From a virus (Duplodnaviria > Caudoviricetes), in IMG/VR virus record IMGVR_UViG_3300027759_000182, positions 1 through 39,639 of that record: 39,639 nt of DNA; one strand, written 5' to 3'. This document shows positions 1 through 7,293 of this stretch, piece by piece (the first letter of the stretch is position 1; each line of letters opens with the position of its first letter). Under the pieces are notes generated by a model. That model saw nothing but the letters and a program-made list of their open reading frames with translations. It was not told where the DNA came from and ran no database searches. The position numbers were made by a program, and so were the translations under genes.

Positions 1-7
1 GGAGATT

Positions 8-226
8 ATGGAAGATGATAGTTCTCAGTTTGAAAGCCTGATGGCTTTGATGGGCAATCAAATCAACGGCAAAGACGTTGACGTGGTTGTGTCTGTCCTT
101 GCCCTGTTACTTGCTAATGCGGGTTGCATGGGCGGTCTTTCACCTCAGTCAGTTTTAAGTTACGTAAACAGGATCGTCTATCAGGTGTATGACGATAACG
201 ATCCAAGCAATGAAACCATTCACTAA
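8..226 (+). CDS. Hypothetical phage protein (72 aa)
   Basis: ORF with GGAG RBS at 1-4; first of a tightly packed + strand cluster. Confidence 0.7.
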   Translation: MEDDSSQFESLMALMGNQINGKDVDVVVSVLALLLANAGCMGGLSPQSVLSYVNRIVYQVYDDNDPSNETIH

Positions 227-247
227 GTTTAAACGGAGGCTTTAATT

Positions 248-484
248 ATGATCTGCGGAATCAGAAAACAAAAAGTATTAAACACTTACTGGAACAATAC
301 CAATCGCTCAAAAGAATATCGTGGCAAGCCTGTTGCACGCTTGACCGCTAGTCTTTATGCTAAAAGAGAAAAGGCTTTCAATCGTAAACGTGTTGGTCTC
401 AATGAGTTGATTGTTGACAATTATTTTTTAAGAGTAAAAGTCAACGCAGATGCACCAGTATGTCCAATGAGAATTTATAAATAA
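248..484 (+). CDS. Hypothetical basic protein (78 aa)
   Basis: ORF preceded by CGGAGGCTTT (234-243). Confidence 0.7.
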   Translation: MICGIRKQKVLNTYWNNTNRSKEYRGKPVARLTASLYAKREKAFNRKRVGLNELIVDNYFLRVKVNADAPVCPMRIYK

Positions 485-508
485 TTTTTTTACAAGAGAG
501 GCTTAGAT

Positions 509-712
509 ATGACAATCATTCGTGTATCAATTTTGGTAGACATCGACACTACCGACACCGACATCGAGGATCTCAGAGATGACATCTTAGATGTTGCATT
601 TGAACAGGCTACAAACAATCCTGAGTTGTTTCTACTTAAACCACTAGACCTAGACGATGAGTCCGACTATGAGGACTTTGAGGATCACCCATCAATTGAA
701 GAGGAGGCTTAA
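509..712 (+). CDS. Small highly acidic hypothetical protein (67 aa)
   Basis: GAGGCTTAGAT RBS (498-508); D/E-rich sequence. Confidence 0.75.
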   Translation: MTIIRVSILVDIDTTDTDIEDLRDDILDVAFEQATNNPELFLLKPLDLDDESDYEDFEDHPSIEEEA

Positions 713-714
713 TT

Positions 715-924
715 ATGTTTTGTAATACAGATTTGTTGGATGAATTTTCCGATCTTGAATTTGGTCATGCCGATTGGCAGATGGATTGGGATGCCAATGG
801 TAATTTCATCGTCACATTTTTTAAAGAGGCAAGACCTCAGTTCTTAGCAGATCTTGAGGGCGAGGATGATGAAGAGGATGAGGTTCATCCATCTTTTGAT
901 CCAGTATTTAAAAACGAAAGGTGA
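715..924 (+). CDS. Small highly acidic hypothetical protein (69 aa)
   Basis: GGAGGCTTA RBS (703-711); D/E-rich sequence. Confidence 0.75.
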   Translation: MFCNTDLLDEFSDLEFGHADWQMDWDANGNFIVTFFKEARPQFLADLEGEDDEEDEVHPSFDPVFKNER

Positions 925-1124
925 TTATGTCAAAAATTAAATCATGGAAGTTGGAGTTAACTTGGGATGACGGCACAGTCAATGATGTAAGTAACTATGT
1001 GCCTGTGTATACCAGTAAAGCAGTAGAAGAGTTCATCGATTATTGGGAAGAGCGTTACAACGATGATGACTATGGCGATGATGAAGAGGAGGAGCTACGC
1101 TCAGAAAGGGCTTGCAATGAATAA
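921..1124 (+). CDS. Small acidic hypothetical protein (start GTG 921 or ATG 927)
   Basis: GTGA overlap with the previous stop; acidic C-terminal tract. Confidence 0.7.
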   Translation: MIMSKIKSWKLELTWDDGTVNDVSNYVPVYTSKAVEEFIDYWEERYNDDDYGDDEEEELRSERACNE

Positions 1125-1293
1125 TCTTTCAGCAGAATGCATCGAGCAAAACGATGCAAAAGAAAAGGTGTTGCACGTTATTCGTGGTGACATCGATGGT
1201 GAGAAGTACAAGATTCAATTTAGTGCGCCATGCCCGATGACTGCAATCAAGATCGCAAGGTGTGTGCCAATTGCTTACTGGGAGAAAGAATGA
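1117..1293 (+). CDS. Hypothetical protein (58 aa; ATG 1117 preferred to 1063)
   Basis: AAGGGCTTGCA-ATG start overlapping the previous gene end. Confidence 0.65.
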   Translation: MNNLSAECIEQNDAKEKVLHVIRGDIDGEKYKIQFSAPCPMTAIKIARCVPIAYWEKE

Positions 1294-1379
1294 AAAACTT
1301 TATAAATCGCCTGTGGGATGTTTCGTTGTATTTTGTTTTGGTTGTATTCGTTGCCAACCTGATTCGTGGTGCGGTTTAA
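1290..1379 (+). CDS. Tiny single-TM membrane protein (29 aa, MKNFINRLWDVSLYFVLVVFVANLIRGAV)
   Basis: ATGA overlap with the previous stop, GGAG RBS, hydrophobic core; below the ORF-track cutoff. Confidence 0.55.
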   Translation: MKNFINRLWDVSLYFVLVVFVANLIRGAV

Positions 1380-1512
1380 ACGATGCGTACCAATCGTGTT
1401 ACACCCGTAGTAAAAGTTGCAGATCGTGAGGCTCAACGTGTGGTCTATAAAAAGTCTACACGTTGGAAACTCTTTCAAGAAATTATTAAACGTGAAATTA
1501 AGGAGAGAAAAG

Positions 1513-1788
1513 ATGATCAATCCTGATCGTTGGTTACAAAGTTGTGCAGAAGATTCAATGGATGATGAGGTTCGTTGGGAGGAAGAGAACGAAATGATTT
1601 ACAAGGAACTTCGTCAGTTTGGTGCAGATCCTAGTGAGTGTGACTTGCATGGCAAGGTTTACCCCTTGCAAAAAGAATTAATGCAAGCACTTGCAAAGCG
1701 TGACGATGCAACCATCTTATCCATTATGTATTCCATATTCGATGTTGAAGTAACAGAGATGACTGATCGTGCAGTTGAAAACTACTAA
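1513..1788 (+). CDS. Hypothetical acidic protein (91 aa; ATG 1513 preferred)
   Basis: TAAGGAG RBS at 1499-1505 upstream of ATG 1513. Confidence 0.75.
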   Translation: MINPDRWLQSCAEDSMDDEVRWEEENEMIYKELRQFGADPSECDLHGKVYPLQKELMQALAKRDDATILSIMYSIFDVEVTEMTDRAVENY

Positions 1789-1796
1789 GAGGGCTT

Positions 1797-2018
1797 ATGG
1801 ACATTCAATCTAGATTTAGACTTAACAGAGTTGCATTAGATATACAAACAATTGAACACTTGTTAGCTATAAACAAGATCAATGAGCGAGATGCTTTGCG
1901 TAACCTTAATCATGCGTTTGATGCTTTGATTGACATTCGATACGATTGCCCCGATGAAGATGTTGAGAGCTACGTTGCAAGAGCATGGGGTCATATCGAA
2001 AGATTGACCATGAAATGA
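1797..2018 (+). CDS. Hypothetical protein (73 aa)
   Basis: GAGGGCTT-ATG start; last gene before the terminator. Confidence 0.7.
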   Translation: MDIQSRFRLNRVALDIQTIEHLLAINKINERDALRNLNHAFDALIDIRYDCPDEDVESYVARAWGHIERLTMK

Positions 2019-2028
2019 TGATAGATCC

Positions 2029-2066
2029 TCCCCCCTTTGGCTTCGGTCATCGGGGGGATTTTTTTT
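2029..2066 (+). terminator. Intrinsic terminator ending the early + strand cluster
   Basis: TCCCCCC..TGGC-TTCG-GTCA..GGGGGGA stem with a cUUCGg tetraloop, followed by T8. Confidence 0.85.
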
Positions 2067-2184
2067 GGCTTCAGGATGTTGAGATCGTTTAAACAATCTC
2101 ATTACTCGTGCTTAGTGTGACGTGTCACTCGTGTCACCCGTAGAGCTGAAGCTACAAGCCGTTTAAACTCTCTGAGGTTGCAGG

Positions 2185-3255
2185 TTAGAACGCATCCTGT
2201 TCAAAGTATGTGCCTGTGACCTTGTTGTATCCCAAAGTAGTTTCCCCCTGAGTTCCTATCCAACGATAGCGACACTTCCAAACGGCTAACTCGACCCCAT
2301 GATCCTTTGTACGATGGATTGTGATACCGCAGTCAGCCTTAGCCCACCATGCCATCGATCCGCTGATCGCCATTCCGTCAGGTCTTGGTAGATCCATGCC
2401 TGATCGAGTGATCTTGCTTGGATGGGCAACAAACCAAATATGTACCCCATAAGCCTTAGCAAATGCCTGTATGCGTGTCAACATACCTGAGATAAATTCA
2501 TGCTCCGCTTGACCGCCCTTGTTTTCAATGTAGTTGTATGGGTCAATCACTAAGCCACGTATGCCCATGCGGACTACCGCTATCTTTGCCCGCTCTAGGA
2601 TTGAATCGATTGTTGCGGGTTCAGACCCCTCGGAATCTAGGAACAAGAAATGCTCTTCAACGAATTTAAACGCATCCTCCCGATCAGCGTCAGTCATCCT
2701 GTTGCTACCATCAAAGAATCGTTTCTCTTTATAGATCTCCATCAGGCGGGAGATATGAATCTCAGGTTGGTTTTCAAAGGAACACAGACCAAACTTCCAA
2801 TCGTGGGCTTTGGCTAAGTTGATCATAAGCTGATCCACAAAGTTCGATTTTCCACAGGACGGATACCCAGTAACAATGGTAAGCTGACCCTGTGCTATGG
2901 TATAAATTTCATCGACATTTGAATAGCCTGTAGATAGACCTTTGCCTGTCCCCTTCCCCCACAGGTCGTTTAAACGATCCGCAAACTTGCTGGCGGAAGA
3001 CAAGCCCGCTACTGGATAGGGTTCTGCCCTTTCGATAATTTCAATAACGGCATCCTTGCCATCTGCCAAAAAAGCCTCATTCAAATCTTTATATTTGAAA
3101 CTTGCAATACGGCACTTGTCTTTGCCAATACGTCTAGCCAGTTCCTCAGCCAATGCTTGACCCGCAGTATCAGTATCAGTTGCAATCGTTACATACGGCA
3201 CTTGATTCAAAACATCTACCGCATTCCAATGCAAACTTCTTATCCTCCGATGCAT
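2185..3255 (-). CDS. T7 gp4/Twinkle-like primase-helicase, C-terminal part (end of TOPRIM + SF4 helicase); joined to the upstream ORF by a frameshift near 3229
   Basis: ATDTDTAG (TOPRIM DxD), KDLNE, Walker A TGYPSCGKS, SFEN, VIDPYN, AHPSK, ISGS and KCRY motifs. Confidence 0.92.
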   Translation of the reverse strand: MHRRIRSLHWNAVDVLNQVPYVTIATDTDTAGQALAEELARRIGKDKCRIASFKYKDLNEAFLADGKDAVIEIIERAEPYPVAGLSSASKFADRLNDLWGKGTGKGLSTGYSNVDEIYTIAQGQLTIVTGYPSCGKSNFVDQLMINLAKAHDWKFGLCSFENQPEIHISRLMEIYKEKRFFDGSNRMTDADREDAFKFVEEHFLFLDSEGSEPATIDSILERAKIAVVRMGIRGLVIDPYNYIENKGGQAEHEFISGMLTRIQAFAKAYGVHIWFVAHPSKITRSGMDLPRPDGMAISGSMAWWAKADCGITIHRTKDHGVELAVWKCRYRWIGTQGETTLGYNKVTGTYFEQDAF

Positions 3256-3871
3256 CTACTTTTCCGTCAGATACTTTCATTGGCGCACCGCTTGGTACTG
3301 AAAGCACATTTTTCAGACCGCACTCAAGTAGGGTCAACGCATCAATCTCCCCCTCAACAATAATTACAGGCAATGACAGATCTATTTTGTCTATGCCAAA
3401 AAAGTCTTGAGCACCACCCGCATCTTGCGTAAAGTCTTTGGATTCAATTGAACGATACTTCGCAGAAACAAACTGCCCATTACGGAAATAGGGAAAGCCG
3501 ATTGCATCAGTCTTCTTTTCTAAACGCTGAAAAAATTTCTCAGCGGGGAATAGTTTCATTTCATCTGCAATACGCTCCGATATACCTCTTGTCTTTAAAA
3601 AATCATAATGTTGGGTTTGTAATTTTGTTGTGTCTAATGTTCTCATTGGAATCACATTGTTCTCCGCTCTACGATAGGTTGTTGTTTTATGAAATGGTAC
3701 GAAACCACCGATGTGGCAATGATGGCAATGGTACTTCCATCCATCATTGGTGGCATCGATAGCAAGTTCTTTAAGGTTGTATTTCTTCCGCTCAGGTGAG
3801 CAGTTAGGGCAGATAGCCCGATGGGAAGTATCTACGTGCAAAGATGATACTAGTTGTTCTACTGCACTCAT
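3176..3871 (-). CDS. T7 gp4/Twinkle-like primase-helicase, N-terminal part (Zn-binding domain + start of primase/TOPRIM)
   Basis: CPNC...HCHHC Zn ribbon, FPY...KYR, IVEGEIDAL and SVPSGA motifs; GGAGGCTTA RBS at 3872-3880. Confidence 0.92.
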   Translation of the reverse strand: MSAVEQLVSSLHVDTSHRAICPNCSPERKKYNLKELAIDATNDGWKYHCHHCHIGGFVPFHKTTTYRRAENNVIPMRTLDTTKLQTQHYDFLKTRGISERIADEMKLFPAEKFFQRLEKKTDAIGFPYFRNGQFVSAKYRSIESKDFTQDAGGAQDFFGIDKIDLSLPVIIVEGEIDALTLLECGLKNVLSVPSGAPMKVSDGKVDASEDKKFALECGRCFESSAVCNDCN

Positions 3872-3886
3872 TAAGCCTCCTACGTT

Positions 3887-4168
3887 TTACTTCTTGGGTT
3901 TGTTTATTTTAACACTATGATTGCTATTCCTTGAGAAAGATCTGTTAGATGATGCAGACTTTACTCGTAGATTTTTTGTAGTGTTAGTTCCACCTTTGGA
4001 TAGTGGGATGACGTGGTCTACTTCTTTGCCATCACCTTTTTTAACTTTGCCCGCTTTCATTGCATCTCTTCTTGCTTTGTTTCTTGCTACACGATTCTTC
4101 ACTTGCTCAGGTGAGTCTTCGTACTTCTCTTCTTTTTTGTAGTTTCTTGGTTTGTTTACGAAAGGCAT
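3887..4168 (-). CDS. Small HNH endonuclease-like protein
   Basis: EVDHVIPLSKGG-TN..NL..NR HNH motif; basic protein. Confidence 0.85.
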   Translation of the reverse strand: MPFVNKPRNYKKEEKYEDSPEQVKNRVARNKARRDAMKAGKVKKGDGKEVDHVIPLSKGGTNTTKNLRVKSASSNRSFSRNSNHSVKINKPKK

Positions 4169-4199
4169 AACTGTTCCTATTATTTATATACTGTTTCTA

Positions 4200-4405
4200 T
4201 ACTGCCCTCTTGGAGGAGGGCAGACCTAGCCTAAACTAGGTTGCCTTCACAATCTCTGCCCACATTGGTATCGATTGACCCGAAAGACTTTACGTGCAAA
4301 GGGTTCTTTCTTCGCCACCCTTTTCTGATCTCTAATGCACTAACCCTAGTATCAGCAATCTACGTTCCACCCCTAGTGTTTTTCATCGCTAAGTGAAACA
4401 GGATT
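4200..4405 (-). ncRNA. Candidate structured RNA / 5' leader of the HNH-primase operon
   Basis: Several stems (4202-4223, 4219-4245, 4299-4322, 4338-4378) downstream of a sigma70-like promoter; no ORF in the track. Confidence 0.4.
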
Positions 4406-4407
4406 CT

Positions 4408-4437
4408 ATCTTACTGAAATTTATATGCGGGTGGCAA
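4408..4437 (-). promoter_or_regulatory. Putative sigma70 promoter for the leftward replication operon
   Basis: Minus strand TTGCCA-N18-TAAGAT. Confidence 0.5.
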
Positions 4438-4577
4438 GCGAATTCTAGAAACCAAGGGTAATTACTCACGAACGTTGTTTAAACTTTGAGTACACAGCCT
4501 GGCTGTGATCGCCTGGCTGCGGGTGGGTGTTTAAACATAGGGTACGTTGCTGGTAGCGTACCCATTCTTTTCTTGAC

Positions 4578-4606
4578 AAAAAAAAGAGAGTACCTAAGTA
4601 CTCTCT
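4578..4606 (-). terminator. Intrinsic terminator (minus strand) downstream of the RusA-like gene
   Basis: AGAGAGTAC-TTAG-GTACTCTCT perfect 9-bp stem followed by a T run on the minus strand. Confidence 0.7.
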
Positions 4607-4673
4607 AAACCATCATCGTGAGGAGCTTCTATGAAACAGTTCCATTGTATTTCAAGTTGTGTATAATTACAAC

Positions 4674-4753
4674 ACCATTGCAGAAGATCTAAGCCTCCGA
4701 AACTTGGTAGACCAGTAGGTCGGAGAGCCACCCCTCAAAAGGTGGCTTTTTTT
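4674..4753 (+). ncRNA. Candidate ~80-nt small RNA antisense to the phage GGAGGCTTA RBS motif
   Basis: TATAAT at 4662-4667, TAAGCCTCC at 4690-4698, stem CTCCGA/TCGGAG (4695-4725), then a terminator hairpin and T7. Confidence 0.5.
4726..4753 (+). terminator. Intrinsic terminator (+ strand)
   Basis: AGCCACC-loop-GGTGGCT followed by T7; polarity is +, opposite to the adjacent minus-strand gene. Confidence 0.8.
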
Positions 4754-5111
4754 ATTCCCTTGCAGATACCTCTATCTCGCACCTTGGATTCTCCTTATCC
4801 ACACCCATCCAGTAGATATGCTTTTCTTTTACCTGACGATCATTGGCATAAGCCACGTCTTGCAGTAGATCTAGTATTAAGGATTCATCTAAATCAGGTC
4901 TGCGTGATGCGTACCATATGCGAATCGTTACTACAACGTCTCCAGAAAACAACAGTTGCTTCTGGCTTTCTGCCTGTAGTTTAAACGTTTTGCTATACGA
5001 CAATGCCTTTGCAGACTTAATAAACATGGATTTACCACGAATAAAAACTTGTCTACGTGAGTTAGCTTTACTGGCGGGTTCACCAAATATTTTTAGTAAT
5101 AACATTTGCAT
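4752..5111 (-). CDS. rusA: RusA-like Holliday junction resolvase
   Basis: GEPASKAN N-terminus, RRPDLD..LILDLLQ..YANDRQV, DKENPRCEI C-terminal motifs. Confidence 0.85.
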   Translation of the reverse strand: MQMLLLKIFGEPASKANSRRQVFIRGKSMFIKSAKALSYSKTFKLQAESQKQLLFSGDVVVTIRIWYASRRPDLDESLILDLLQDVAYANDRQVKEKHIYWMGVDKENPRCEIEVSARE

Positions 5112-5151
5112 TCTTAAAAAGTTTGTATTAACATCTAAGTTCGTATTAACA
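5106..5151 (+). promoter_or_regulatory. Putative sigma70 promoter of the rightward operon, with a tandem operator-like repeat
   Basis: TTGCAT(5106-5111)-N17-TAACAT(5129-5134); GTATTAACA twice (5125-5133, 5143-5151). Confidence 0.55.
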
Positions 5152-5164
5152 ATTTGGAGGCTTA

Positions 5165-6052
5165 ATGAAGATCACGAACAATCACAATGTTCCCGAAACG
5201 TTGGTGGCTCTCGCAAGTAGAGACTACTACACTAAGGGCGCATCTGACTACTCAGTCACAGAAATCATATCCCCGCCACGTATACAGAGGCTCAGGCGCA
5301 AGCATTACGCTGAGATGGAGCAAGATGTATCCGATATGCTTTGGATGCTCCTAGGGACTGCTCTGCACGTTGTAGCCGAGCGTTCTGAGGTAGATGGTCA
5401 CACCAATGAAGAACGTCTATCTGTTGACATCAACGACATCGTTCTCTCAGGTGCTATCGATCTGCAAAAGAATGATGCGGACGGCATTACCATCACCGAC
5501 TATAAGTTCACTTCCGCATGGGCATTGATGCATGACAAGCCTGAGTGGGAGCAACAACAAAACATCTATAAGTACTTAGTTGAGCGGGTCAAGAAGACCC
5601 CTGTCAAGGCTCTGAAGATCTGCGCCTTTGTGCGTGATTGGTCTCGCAGAGAGGCTGAAGTCAAGCCTAATTATCCGCAATCTCAAATCCAAGTAATCGA
5701 CATCCCGATGTGGACATTTGATCGTGTCGAGCATTACATCAAAGAGCGCATTGAGATGCATCGTGATTCTAAGGTGAGTGCAGATTGGAATGAAGAACTT
5801 CCATTGTGTACTGAAGAGGATCGTTGGGTACGTGAGACAAAGTACGCATTAAAGAAAGAGGGTCGCAAGACTGCTATCAGAGTTTTAGATACAGAAGAAG
5901 AGGCAAAAGCAATGCTTAAAGAATTGCCTGAGAAAGATAAAGGGTTCATAGAGATCCGCAAAGGTGAGGCAGTACGTTGTACAGGAAATTATTGCGGAGT
6001 ATCGCAATGGTGTAGTCAATTTCAAGCAACATTGGGAGAGGAGCAGTTATGA
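5165..6052 (+). CDS. PD-(D/E)XK (Cas4/RecB-like) exonuclease
   Basis: GTALH, LSGAIDL, ITDYKFT, QQNIY motifs and a C-terminal RC..YC..WC cysteine cluster; adjacent to ERF. Confidence 0.88.
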   Translation: MKITNNHNVPETLVALASRDYYTKGASDYSVTEIISPPRIQRLRRKHYAEMEQDVSDMLWMLLGTALHVVAERSEVDGHTNEERLSVDINDIVLSGAIDLQKNDADGITITDYKFTSAWALMHDKPEWEQQQNIYKYLVERVKKTPVKALKICAFVRDWSRREAEVKPNYPQSQIQVIDIPMWTFDRVEHYIKERIEMHRDSKVSADWNEELPLCTEEDRWVRETKYALKKEGRKTAIRVLDTEEEAKAMLKELPEKDKGFIEIRKGEAVRCTGNYCGVSQWCSQFQATLGEEQL

Positions 6053-6252
6053 GTTACATGGAAACAATTTTTAAAGCGATTGAAAAAGGGAGTATTCCTT
6101 CGGTTGGGGTTTTGATGCCACAGATTGCTCATGATAACTGGTGCAAGATTTATAAAGGCAAGCCTTGTAACTGCAATCCTGATATATCAGTTGAAACAGA
6201 TGATGGGTTAATTTTTTTAAATGAAGATGGATCTATAAAGAAAAAAATATGA
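6049..6252 (+). CDS. Small putative metal-binding protein
   Basis: HDNWC...CNCNPD motif; ATGA overlap. Confidence 0.7.
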   Translation: MSYMETIFKAIEKGSIPSVGVLMPQIAHDNWCKIYKGKPCNCNPDISVETDDGLIFLNEDGSIKKKI

Positions 6253-6413
6253 TAACGAGTAAAGACTTAGCGTGTGGTTTGCAAAACATGGTTACAAATC
6301 TTTTATCCGACAGGGTTCTTTGTGATCAATCAGCCTTGCGCTTGATGGCATTAGAAGAGGAAATTAAATTTTTAAGAAAACAATTAGAGGAAAGTGAAAA
6401 TGAAAGTATATAA
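6249..6413 (+). CDS. Hypothetical coiled-coil protein (54 aa)
   Basis: ATGA overlap; fills the gap up to ERF; below the ORF-track cutoff. Confidence 0.55.
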   Translation: MITSKDLACGLQNMVTNLLSDRVLCDQSALRLMALEEEIKFLRKQLEESENESI

Positions 6414-7011
6414 AAAACTAAGCGATGCCCGCATCAAGTTACAAAGAACAGAGTTGACCAAGTCAGGTCATAACAAGTTTGCGGGATACAAGTACTTTGA
6501 GTTGGGAGATTTTCTCCCCGCAGTACAGTCAATTTTCAATGAAGTGGGATTGATTGATGCTATTTCTTTTACCGAAGATCTAGCGACTATGGTGGTATAT
6601 GACGTGGATGATGGAAGTTCAGTTACCTTTACTTCCCCTATGGGTACTGCGAATCTCAAAGGTTGTCATGAAGTGCAAAACATTGGTGCGGTTGAGACAT
6701 ATCAGCGTAGGTACTTATATGTCACCGCCTTGAGCATCGTTGAGCATGATGCGCTTGATGCGGTTACAGGCTCTGCACCAGTAGAAGTAAAACCAGTAGT
6801 AAAAGAAGTGCCAAAAGAATCCGATGGCGATCTTGCACCACTCGCAGAAGTGCTGATTACCTTTGGTGATACTTGCGAAGACCTAAAAGAGTTGTCAAGT
6901 TTTTGGAAAAAGAATCAGGCGGGAATCGACAGAATGAAGTCGCAGAAACCTGAGTTGTTTAAAACTGTGCAAGAAGCCTTTGCAAAATACAAATCTAAAT
7001 TTAAGGAGTAA
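6394..7011 (+). CDS. erf: ERF-family single-strand annealing protein
   Basis: KSGHNKFAGYKYFELGDF and Q..GA.ETY.RRY ERF motifs. Confidence 0.9.
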   Translation: MKMKVYKKLSDARIKLQRTELTKSGHNKFAGYKYFELGDFLPAVQSIFNEVGLIDAISFTEDLATMVVYDVDDGSSVTFTSPMGTANLKGCHEVQNIGAVETYQRRYLYVTALSIVEHDALDAVTGSAPVEVKPVVKEVPKESDGDLAPLAEVLITFGDTCEDLKELSSFWKKNQAGIDRMKSQKPELFKTVQEAFAKYKSKFKE

Positions 7012-7014
7012 TAC

Positions 7015-7293
7015 ATGGCTTACGATAAACCATACGAAGAGAAACCAAACACAGGATCATTCTTTGCTAACAAGACAAAGACAAATCCTAAAGCCCCTGA
7101 CTATCGTGGCAAGATCTTGCTAGATCTTAGCGCATTCGATGTAGTCAACGGAACAGTTACTGTTGAGTTGGCGGGATGGAAACAGACTGCTAAGTCAGGC
7201 TTAACTTATTTGCAGATCAAAGCACAAAAGCCAAGAGAGCAACAGGCGCAACAAACTAAAGCAGAGGAGTTGGACGATGACATTGAATTCTAA
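7015..7293 (+). CDS. ssDNA-binding-like protein (DUF736-like) with acidic tail
   Basis: PDYRG..LAGW..G..YL motif; C-terminal ELDDDIEF; follows ERF. Confidence 0.75.
   Translation: MAYDKPYEEKPNTGSFFANKTKTNPKAPDYRGKILLDLSAFDVVNGTVTVELAGWKQTAKSGLTYLQIKAQKPREQQAQQTKAEELDDDIEF

Noticed and set aside
4573-4604. Promoter at TTGACA 4573-4578
   Set aside because: There is no acceptable -10 hexamer at 16-18 nt spacing, and the region is explained by a minus-strand terminator.
4667-4698. Minus-strand gene using GGAGGCTTAG at 4689-4698 as its RBS
   Set aside because: The nearest ATG is 15 nt from GGAGG and gives only three codons; the + strand -10 box and terminator favour the sRNA reading.
2534-5220. 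+ strand ORFs overlapping the helicase, primase, HNH and rusA genes
   Set aside because: Shadow ORFs opposite well-supported genes.
5165-6052. Cas4 as evidence of a CRISPR-Cas system
   Set aside because: Its position beside ERF and an SSB-like gene fits a phage recombination exonuclease.
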